A stretch of 62,998 nucleotides of DNA, counting the filler, from Choristocarpus tenellus KU-1152 (Eukaryota; Protista; Phaeophyceae), in assembly GCA_964200185.2 (NCBI GenBank). It is 8 parts of 8 records of this genome, joined end to end, with 100 filler letters (N's around TTAATTAATTAA, not from the genome) between each part and the next. Parts side by side here need not be neighbours in the genome. Positions count along the whole stretch, not along the records: positions 21,333 to 33,039 come from CAXNAD020002178.1; positions 33,140 to 46,094 come from CAXNAD020001639.1; 6 more parts are not named here. One strand, 5' to 3'. Numbering within the stretch: position 1 is the first letter of the stretch; every line of letters begins with the position of its first letter. The notes under the pieces were generated by a model, which made no database searches, was not told where the DNA came from, and worked only from the letters and a program-made list of their open reading frames with translations. Shown here in pieces: positions 25,686-36,689 of this stretch. A program made the translations under genes and the position numbers.

Positions 25686-25869
25686 GGATCGTTTGGATCT
25701 GTGGATGGTTTGAGACCAGGACTGAAATTAATGGTTGGAGTCAACTTGGTGGGGGGTCCACACAACCATTCTTGATATGGAGGCGTTGGCGGTGGTGTTC
25801 ATCAACTACCACCCTTCTACTCTACAAGAACCCTGTTTCTGAATAGGGTAGGTTGGAGCACTGGGCAAG
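25686..25869. promoter_or_regulatory. Putative bidirectional promoter between the SET gene and EPSPS
   Basis: The divergent ATGs are only 184 bp apart. Confidence 0.6.
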
Positions 25870-28800
25870 ATGGGGATATCTACATTGCTGTCACTTGTGG
25901 CCTGTGTGCTGGCCTGGGAAAGAGTTGGTGGGTTTATCGTTGCACCCCTCTCAACCCGTACTGGCCCAGTCCTAGAGGGACATCATCGAACATATCTACC
26001 ACACTCTCTGGTCTCAGACAAGCAGGGTGGTCGTCGTGTCATCCCTCTTAACCAGGTTGGTCCGTATTGACGACTCAAATATCTGAAGTCGGAAGTGGTG
26101 TCTCTCATGGAAATCATTTCAATTTTTTGAAACATGGTAGGTAATCGGCGGTGTATTAAGTACTCTGTTGACTTCCTTTACAAGGATGCAAATTGTTGTG
26201 ACCAGAGTGCATCCGGGCATGTATCCCCCTCGTACGCTGCATTGAAACTTATATACAGATCGACCTTCGCCTCTAGATCTTATCTGACACTCACACCTAT
26301 CGCTAACCTCTGGCCTCGCTGGTTGCAACTTGCATTAAGGCAAGTGGGACAAGTACATCAACGAGTGCACCTAAGACAAGGTTGGAGTCGTTGACCGTGG
26401 AACCTATCTCCAAGATCTCCGGCGAAGTGGAGCTTCCTGGAAGCAAGTCGCTCAGCAATCGTGTATTGCTCCTTAGCGCCCTCGCAGAGGTGTGTTTACC
26501 CTTTCCATGACATCACGACCCATTGCCGTATGGTGCCTCAATCCCCATTGTAGGGTGCCTTGCGTAGTACGTTACGTAGACGCGGAAGACGCTAGCCAAA
26601 GCAAACGCACTACTACTTGGTGCTACTGCGGGAAGAATTGTACAGGTCATATTAGGCCGTTGCCTCTGTGTGCTAAACGATTTCTTCAAGGGTTGAGATA
26701 TCCACCAGGCGAATTTTCATCCCACATGCCAGACAGCACAGTATGTGTCAAGTTTACCACATTCGTGCTATTTTTCTTTCCACTAGGGGACGACTAGTGT
26801 GGAGAACCTATTAGACTCTGAGGACATCCGCTATATGCTCGGTGCACTGGAAACCCTACAGGTGAGGTCATTCTTACCAGGTTGTGAACCCTAGCTGTGC
26901 ACGTCATGTCTCCTAATGGTTACGAACACCGAATATATACAAGTATGCACCTTTTACGTCTCCTCAAATGTTGCAATTTTGCCGAACACAGCTTTTGGGG
27001 TCATATCTATGTCTAGAGATTGCTGGCATGTGGTTGTCCTTTGTTGGCCTATAAAGTGCAGTAGTTATACATGAGTTGAAAATGTCATTTCTTCAACATT
27101 GAAGTAGTTTTTTTTCTTTAACAAATAAAACAGAGTCTTTGTTTCCCACCTCATGCCATTGTGTGCTACTTTGCCCCAATTTTCAGCATTCCTTGTTTCA
27201 ATGGCCATCTCTAAAGTGCAGTACACCTACCTTATCTCCAGAGTGATGAGGGGGTTGAGTTGGATTACTCTTCATAGTCCTGTGTGAATTGGTTGTCTTC
27301 CAAGCAGGAAGCATTCCACAAACAACATACAAACAAGACATTTTTTTACTCCATATTGTCTTTTTCGTGTTAAGATCCGACCCAATGTGCCCCCTTCTAC
27401 CTGAATGAATAATAACAGGTGTCAGTGGAAAGAGATGTGGAAGCCAAGACAGTGGTTGTCAAGGGCAATGGTGGAGCGTTCAAGGTATCCTGGGCTCATC
27501 CCACACGCTTTCCTGTCATTTGAAGCATTTGTTTCTTGTTCTTAGTTTCATCAGTTACATCAGTTACCTCTCCCACTAGAGTGGGCTTACCTGTGTTATT
27601 CCCAAGCTTCAAAGTAATGCACACTGGAAATGTTGTTTGGGAAGCCTACCCCAACCCAATGGGTATTATTGTTGGTGCAAGGAAGGCACTTGGTACATCA
27701 AAGCTTCTGCACGAGCTGTTTGAGCAGCATGACTTGTGTGTGATTGTGTCTTTTAGAGGTTTATTGTTTTTGTGCTGGCTCACCGCAGACAGACGAAGGC
27801 GATTCCTGACGCGCATTGGCTGACATTCACACACTTCCCATCATTAATATTATTGTTATCATTGTTTTTGTTTTGCACGATTGTGGGGGGTTGGTTTCAA
27901 TCTGTGCTAATATTCTCACCCCCTCATTGCTTTTGTTGGTTGATTGTGATAATGATGCTTCCCTTGAGAACCTCTTTGCTCTTTACGTACAGCTGAACAC
28001 AAACACACACAAAATTTTTAAATAGCCAGGTAGGTACCTTTGTTTTTTACGGTTTGTCAATTGTAAGCATGGTCTAAGCATGATGTGTTACTTTCAGTTA
28101 TCATCAACAGTCCTGTTGCAGCATTCTGTCCGGAAAGGGTGCGGTGGTACCCTTCAACTTCATTTCATAGACCAAGTGTTCATCTCTGTTTGAGGACAGC
28201 GCTTCTGAAGCATTTTTCTCCAGCCCTAACCCTAACCTTGACCGATCACCTCTCAGATGCCCGTGCCAACAGAGCTCTTCCTTGGCAATGCGGGCACAGC
28301 AATGCGTCCACTGACTGCAGTCATGTGTGCAGGCGAGGGGGAGTTTGTCATGGATGGGACTCCAAGGATGCGAGAGCGACCGATCATTGACCTTGTGGAT
28401 GGGCTCAAACAGGTGTGAGAAGGAGGATGGGAATATTGAAAAGTGAACTCTCTGTCTTACTTTTAGATTTGTTGTCAAAAGTGTATTGATTGTTTATTGG
28501 CCAGCATTTGTTTGTGACAAGGTACTATTGTAGTCCTTTAGTGTGTGTATGGAGATGTTGACGTGGCGTGTATCTGGGGGGGGGTTGGAGAAATTCCACA
28601 CAGAAAATGGAGAGAAATATCTTTTGGTGAATGTCCACATGTGATCAGAGGTGCTGTTGCTGTTGCTGTTGCTGTTGGATATGTTAGAGAGGAGTGAGCC
28701 AGTCTGAAGGAGTGATTTGGTGCTGTATGTCTGGTACTGTTCTTTAATTAGAATTGAAGTAATTGTACTTTGTTGATCGATAGAAGCAAGGTTCACATTA

Positions 28801-31800
28801 ACATCTTTCAACTAAACCCTAACCCTAACCCATCTATGGATACTCGATCGGTGTGTACTACTACATGGACTCATTTTGTACCAGTCAACCTTGGCACTAA
28901 GTTGCAAATGTATGGATAATAGAATTTAGCCCTAACCCCTCTATCCCTATCTTGAATGCAGCAATGATATGTAACGCCTTTCAAGGGTTTCACCCATGAG
29001 ACAGACAGTTTTGCATAGGTTCTTCCACCTTTGTAGTGTGGTGTGAAGGTTAAATTTTGATCCCTTCCCCTCAGTTTGCCCTAACCTTGAGCTGCCTTTG
29101 TCGTTGTGATGTTCATCTCTACCCTAACCTAAATCTTTATTACTACTACAATTTTAGAGTCTGTCCGAACCTCAACCCCAATCTTTGAAAACGCCTCCCC
29201 CGATCCATCAAACTCTCCCTCCCTCTCACTCATTCCACCCTGGATTGTTGTAGCTAGGAGTAGACATCTCCTGCTCCAGCACAGGATGCCCCCCTGTCAC
29301 AATCAAAGCAGCTGGCATAAAAGGAGGTGTCACCAGGGTCAGTGGGAAGATCTCCTCCCAGTACCTCTCAGCTCTGCTGATGGCTGCACCACTTGCAGAT
29401 GGAGATGTAGTAATTGAGATCACAGACGAGTTAGTTTCTGCACCATACGTACACATGACCATCAAGCTCATGGACAAGTTTGGGTGAGTGGGGGGAACTT
29501 GACACACAATTTTTGTTTTTCTTCGTTTGAGTTGTTTGATTGGTTGATTTGTTTGTATTTGTATTGGTGGTTCCATTGTGGCAACTTTTTTATTGAAAGG
29601 GAAGGCGTTTGTTTGACAGAAGGAACTGACTAATCCAGAATATGCAGTAGGTATTTACACCGAATATAAAAGGATCAGGGTTAGGGTGATATGACAAATG
29701 TGATGGTTACTGCAAGTGGTACGAGCAATGCTATACATACCATCAGCATTTTCTTGCTAGCTGAACCACTGTGTTGACAACTGAACCCCAACTCTCTGTG
29801 TCAGTTGTGTACTTCTAGTATAATAATGAGAAACTGTTTTAGTGGGTTAGTTTATACAGATAATACTTATGTTTATTTCCAAGAACTGGCAACGTTGAAG
29901 ATGTACTTAGGGTTAGGGTTTGATTTTGCGGTCCCTGAAAACAACTCAGGGAGAGAGAGGAGAACGGGAGGCTCTGAAATTGATGGCGTTTTGTATTTTT
30001 AATAGAGGGTGTTATGTTCCCCCCCTCCCCCCCTGCTATTTTATGTTTTAACAAAGAAATATAAAAGAGCGAAAAAACGCAAAGTGTTAATGGGCACGGG
30101 CAATTGTAACCCCATTGTGGGCATGTTAATGGGCAGGGTGAAGGTTTTGAATGAAAACAATGAGGACATGAGGTTTACCGTCAGAGGCGGTCAGGCTTAC
30201 ACTTCGCCTGGGACCATTGCTGTGGAAGGGGATGCATCGTCGGCATCTTACTTCCTTGGGGGAGCAGCCATCACGGGGGGACCTGTGAAGGTCAAGGGAT
30301 GTGGGAAGGATAGTGTACAGGTGAGGAAGATAGTGTGTTTGCCTTGTAATATAGAGAGGGAGTTTTTTTATTTGGAGGGCAGTATATCTTTTTGGGTTGG
30401 CGTGTACTAGGATGTGTAAATTGTATGTGTGTGTGTGTGTGTGTTTGATCAATTACCCCTTTCAAAAAGAACCTGTTGGGAGTAGGGTTAGAGAGTTAGT
30501 TCGGCCAACGGAGACAGTATGATCAGTGGATAATAAAAGTAAATATAGTATAATTGCACCCTGGAGGTGTCTTTTATTTCAGGGTTAGGTGTATAGGGTT
30601 TGTGAAAGATTGTAGGACATGCCCTTTGTGATTGCAAGGTTTGGTTCTTGGGTGCAGAGGCGGCTGGTCTGAAACCCTTTGACTATAGTGTTGGAGAACT
30701 CTGAGTGTGGGTGGTTCTCAGTTAGGGTTAGGGTTGTGTGGTGTACGCCTCTGATTCTGCCTCTATTTCAAGATGGTCCAAAACTGCGAGTGCGTTAACC
30801 CTTTTTTCTGTGATACCCACCTTGCTGTAGAGGTACTAGAGACTCCTTGGTGTGGATCAGATTGTGTACCGATTTGTTTATGGAAGAGAACCCATGTTTT
30901 ATTTTATCCCCGGTGTGCGATTTGAATTTTGAATGTGAATGGAATTCAAAGACAAAATGTGTCCCTTGGTATCAATTTGTTGGTGTGGTATCTCCTGCCT
31001 GTGTGATGTCTGCTCACTCTAATTGTATTTTCCACATGTACTGCATGGTTGATACGTGTAGTTGCGCTCTCTTGATTTCTATTTTTTTTTACAGTTATTC
31101 TTTTTTTTCTGGTGTGTATGATCGGATTTTAAAAAAACCCACAATGATTTGGGTTAGAAAATTGAGGATAACTTTTATTTCAGGTTTGATCATTGTTTTT
31201 GTTCAAAGGCATACTCTCTAGGTGTGGACCTTGGTTACTTGGGGAGGGGGGGTTGATCACGCCTCAATTTGTGTCACTTTGTGTGCTGCATACCTCTTTC
31301 CGTCATAGTTGAAAAAAATTGTCTAAGAAATGTTTCGGGGGATATTTAACTTCTGCTCTTCGATGATTTAACTATTTGAATCGCAACACCAAGCTCTTCT
31401 ATGCCTCGGCCTTCTTAGGGGGATGTCAAGTTTGCTGAAATGCTGGAGCTGATGGGCGCTACCCTTGAGTGGGAGTCCAATGCCATGACAGTCAGCAGGA
31501 CACCAGGGACCAAGCTCAAGGGGGTGGATGTGGACTGCGGAGAGATACCTGATGCTGCAATGACTCTTGCTGTGAGCACAAACCAGTCTTTATATAACCT
31601 AGGTGGCGTTTTTTTCGAGCAGGCCATTCACTAGTCCTGAAAATACTGTACTTGGGCAGCCTGTATGTGTTACTGGGGATAGGTGTGAAGCTCTATGAAG
31701 TTACCATGATAATAATTTATGTTAGTAGTGTACTCAGACAAGTTGTTTGATTCATGTATACCGAGTCAACAGTTTTTCTAATTGTATAGGAGGCGTTTTT

Positions 31801-32760
31801 TGTGTGTTGGGAATGGATTGACTTTTGCAGGGAGTTTAATAAAAAGAAATGTTGAAGATGATTGTTTTCCATTCGGTACCATTTGGAGGAGATTGAATTA
31901 TTGTTCTATTATTATTTGGAGAGTGAACTATTGTTCTATTATTATTTGGAGGAGAGTGAATTATTGTTCTTTATTATTTGGAGGAGAGTGAATTATTGTT
32001 CTCCCTTTATGGGGACAGGTAAATGTACGTATAGTTTGTTGAGAGTGGCGGAAATAGATTGGCTGGAGGGTGGGGGAGGGCAGATTTAATGGGGTATTTT
32101 CTTGCTGTTACGAAAGAGTGAATGACACCATCCATCCACCTTGTCTGATTGACTTGTATCTGGACAGGTGATTGCTTTGTTTGCAGAAGGACCAACTGCA
32201 ATCAGGAATGTGTACAACTGGAGGGTGAAGGAGACAGAACGTATGAAGTGAGCCTTAAGTACTATGTATTTATTTTTATCTTTATTGTGCTGCAATAACA
32301 TAGTATCTACATAGTAATAGCATATTGTTTAGATATTTATGTCCAAAATAAAATAAAAAATGGAAGTGTGCACTGCAGAGCTGTTTTGTCTATAGTGGTG
32401 ATTGGCTTACGTACAAGATATTATTTTTATGTATTTTTATTGTTATTCCAGCTGTTATAGATTCTATATAGTATATCACATTAATGTATGGTGTTGTAAG
32501 GATGTACATTGGGTACAATGCTATTGTGTTTGGTAGGTAATCGATCAGATAGACACAGAAAGAGAGACGCAAACTGGAAGCTCACTCACAATGTGGACCT
32601 ACCACACCTTCCCTCCATGTGAAACTCCCTTAGGGCAATTGTGACAGAGCTGGGGAAGCTTGGTGCAGAGGTGGAGGAAGGACGAGACTATTGTATTGTT
32701 CACCCTCCAGCCTCTCTCAAGTCTGGTGTGGCTATCGATACCTATGATGACCACCGAATG
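25870..32760 (+). CDS. aroA: Plastid-targeted 5-enolpyruvylshikimate-3-phosphate synthase, 3' end cut by the contig end; exons 25870-26055, 26340-26489, 26787-26861, 27419-27484, 28257-28412, 29254-29483, 30137-30320, 31419-31571, 32168-32247, 32634-32760
   Basis: Motifs [84 protein letters not shown]. All introns are GT-AG and in phase. The N-terminus is a hydrophobic signal peptide followed by VGG-FIVAP. Confidence 0.97.
31882..32002. repeat. Minisatellite, ~4 x 30-33 bp (tttggaggagagtgaattattgttctattatta), in an EPSPS intron
   Basis: Direct tandem copies are visible. Confidence 0.85.
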
Positions 32761-33618
32761 GTAAGATCATTCTTTTTTGCTAGTGTAACTTTTTATTGTT
32801 GTTACATTACTTTTTTTAATTCTGTACATATTTAGTAGTTAGGGTTAGGGTTAGTATTCCTACTCTCTTTTTAGTTTTTTTGTGGTAGAGATGGTGCTGC
32901 AATGTAAGAATTGATTCGAAGGGAATGTATTAGTAGATGAGAGGAGGGCCAGCGCCTCGCTAAATTGTTCCAATGGCAACTGTTTTTGTCGGGGGGGGGG
33001 GGGGGGGGGGGGGGATGGGGAGGGGGGGACTTGTGGTGGNNNNNNNNNNNNNNNNNNNNNNNNNNNNNNNNNNNNNNNNNNNNTTAATTAATTAANNNNN
33101 NNNNNNNNNNNNNNNNNNNNNNNNNNNNNNNNNNNNNNNTGGGCAAAGGGGACGAATGTAGGGAGCTGTGAAGAGGAAGTGGGTGGGGGTGGGGGCAGGG
33201 GGGCATGCAGAACCCTGACTGAGAATCGATTCCATGATTTGTGATGTTGAGGAGATGAGATTGTAACTGACGAGGGGATTGTATCACCGCACCCCTGCAA
33301 TGTGATGCAGTTCATACTTCAAGTCCCAAGGTTTCATACTTTGCAGGTTGGAATGGGGTTTGTACTTACTCTCTGCAATCTCAAAACAATCCCTGTCAAA
33401 GCGCATTGAATGTCACACATGTAGAACCACAATACAGATACAGTACCAAGGTACAGATACAGTACCAAGGTACGTTACAACACCACGGTACAAAAGCAGT
33501 ATCCTCAACCCTTCCAACAGAAAACAACAAAAGATAGATCTCTTGACGAAAACCATGCCTTTCCTGCCCCCCCCCTCCCCCCCCTTCCCACACATGCCAT
33601 ATACAGCTGCACACACAC

Positions 33619-33911
33619 CCAAGGTCCTCCAGTTGCCCTTCCATGCGCTCCGAGTCTGCCACATTCATTTGACATCCCATAGTTTCCATGAAGTACTTGG
33701 GTGCAGGGGCACCTTGGGACTGGAGGGAACGGAGTGCCGGCAGAATCTCTCCTGTACCAGGGTTACGCAACCTCGCCTTCTTCTTGGAGGTGGAGGTCAG
33801 CCGAGTCATGACATCATCAATCTGCTCAAACATGACATCATCAATCATACACAAGCACGTTTGTTTGCGCGTCCGTGAATAAATGCGTACAGACAGAAAC
33901 AAAAGCACAAG

Positions 33912-33945
<34 letters not shown>

Positions 33946-35932
33946 ATTAGTGCATTACAGGGCATGAACAATGTATCAGTGTACTATACAGTTGACACAG
34001 CATGGCAACCTATGTACACACGCACAATAGATAAAGGACACATGGTATGAAGATGAGCAAGATCAAACACAACCACACCAGGAAAAGGAACAACAGGCAT
34101 GGATTGTTGACATGTGCATACAAAAAACGCAAGCAAGATTCACACAAAAGTAAGTGATCATGATCTCAGTTTGAAGGGTTTTTCAAGGATTTGGGGTGGA
34201 CAGGGAGGTTGAGCAAACATTACGGTGGACTTGGCCTTGAGTGGGTTTGTATTTTCAAGGGTGATTGCAGACAATAAACTGATCAAGTGTCAATATATGA
34301 GGGGGAAGGGAGGTCAAGGACACCGCCAACATGAGTATATATGCTGCACTTATATATGCGGAAACCTGAATGAGAAACCCAATGCACTGCAAAAGACACA
34401 CCATCTTGGTACCCTTACACCTCAGCCTTGTTCAAGTAGTCCATGGTAAGAAAAACTGTCAAATGAACTCAAACACCAGAATGAGGGTGTAGAGAGATTG
34501 TCAGTGGAAGACGTGTCTAGGAAATGAATAATAGGGCTTTTGAGCACTGAAGTTGGATGCAACTTTGGGGTTTGTCCTGCATGTGACCACATGTCTCCTC
34601 TCTCTATGCTGATTCTTAACTTGCATAAATCCGGGGGAAAGCTTTTGATAAGGACCCTGTGGATAACTTACACATCATTTCACGTAACGAAGATGGTTCT
34701 CCCAATTTATGAAAATTACTCCCATCCCCCAACCTGCCACTGAAGCCATGTCTCTGTTGGCACTGCTCCAAATGGTAACCACATGTTGTTGTTAGACTGA
34801 CTTACGAAAAATATATCCAACACGAATTTGTAGCACATTCTGTACCACAGCAATATGTGATGCATTCAGATCCAAGGTGCACTTGACTGACAGATACAAA
34901 TCATGTCCGCGAATCTGCATGTGTTACCCCGGGCTTATACCCGCTTTTCAAACCTTGACAAGATGCCAGCCCCTCTCTGTGGGCGCCATCATCACGTCTC
35001 CGGGCTTGAAATCTAGAAGCGCCTCCCTTGCCTTGACTGGAAGAACCTCGTTCACTCCTGCCTCTGCGTCTCCCATAGCCCCGAGTTCCCCTGTGTGATC
35101 GCCCAGCCCCACAACACTAACCCACCCTATCAATCCCCCCTTCTCCCTGGTCAGTACACAGTCGCTGATTGTGGCTGCCAGGTCGCTGAAGTCTGAACCC
35201 GCCTTGATCTGTGCTAGACAAGTCTCCGCCATATCTTTCGTCTGCACAAGGATGTGACGAACGAACCTGAGGGTGCAGCGGATGTTGACGGCAAGGGGGT
35301 TCACAGGTATACCTGATTCAGATGTTCGGCCACTGAATATGTGTTATCGAGATAAAGTGTGAGTTACGCAAGATATTATCTAACCCTTACCAGCTTAGAC
35401 ACCATTTGCGTTACGGTTGGCAATGGTACCATTTACACCTGGCATTATCATTGTATTGGTGGTAAAGACACGGATAGTGCGATAATGTGCACTCCGAGCG
35501 TAGCTACCGAAGATATGAGGGTAAATCCAAATACTCATCAACAAACCAATTCATTATCGACCCCCCAACCCCAGCTTACATGGACTCCACGTTCTTGTAG
35601 TTCACGGTCTCCTGCGCCCTGGTGAGCCATGGTTTGACCTTTTCGGAAGGCATCTTAGCCATCGTGTCCGACATGGTACATGACGGCGTTAGGATTGAAG
35701 ATCGTCCCTGTCCATCCCATCGTCCTCCCACCCGCAATGCTCCAAAATCACAGCCTGCACGATCACAACCTACAACACCTTGTCTCCATGCCACCTCAGG
35801 TGTTAGCGGTGAGTGCATAAAGGCTAATGATCCGTTCATCCAGAGAGAGCCCACCAACACCATCACCGAGGTACGAATTAACCCTCCACCCATGCTTGTC
35901 GTTGGTGAGGACGACGGGGACGGGAGAGCCAT
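33619..35932 (-). CDS. miaB: Organelle-targeted parvulin (PpiC) PPIase fused to a MiaB-family tRNA methylthiotransferase; exons 35580-35932, 34954-35266, 33619-33821; rest beyond the contig end
   Basis: Exon 1 has a hydrophobic segment followed by SLA-F. Exon 2 reads FVRHILV...FSDLAATISDC...KGGLIGWV...PTERGWHLVK. Exon 3 ends in KYFMETMGCQMNVADSERMEGQLEDLG, the MTTase N-terminal (UPF0004) signature. GT-AG introns in phases 2 and 0 keep the frame open. Confidence 0.85.
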
Positions 35933-36689
35933 GTTGTTAGTATGGGGTAACTATTAGCTGCAACCAAACGTGAAGTTGGGCAGCGCCTCTAAAATATCTA
36001 CAAACTCCACCAACGGCAGTTGAGGATATTTTGACATATAACCATAAAGAAACAACAGATCCACTTCCTACTGAATGTTGACTGCAACCTCTACCCTATC
36101 TGGTGGCTCCTTATTCAGTTTCAGCTAACTTAGGGTAGATTCCAAGCGCGCGTTTATTTCCTCTGAACGATTTTACCACTTGCTGCCTTCATCTACCTGC
36201 ATACGGAGAAGCTATCCCGATTGTGGATTCAGCGTGACGATATTGTGGATCATGGTGGTGAGCAGTACATTAATAATGCTCTTGGCTGGTAATAGAGAGA
36301 GAAATTTGAAGAACCTGGACCAAAATCAACCCAAGATGGAAGCCTAGAGTGCGTGACAAACTCTCCATATCCCATGCCTTCCCGCCCACCCACACAACGA
36401 TCAGAGAGCGACAAAACCCAAGCAAGAGAAGGGGGGGAATGTGTCAAAGAAAGGTGATTAGGCCACTTGCTATACCGCAGTGATCCCAACGAGACGATAA
36501 CCTTGGAGGTGCAACTCATTGTTTATCGTACTCAGTACCTTCGTGGTAATTTATCTTCCCTTTGGTGAGCGATTAATTGTGGTAAGTACACTCCTATCGC
36601 GCCACTGGGATATACCTTAGCCTGGCGCCTAAATCTCCTGTCATCTAAAGCACCTCCGACTTTCCAAACGATTGCTCGCAGGCTTAGAC

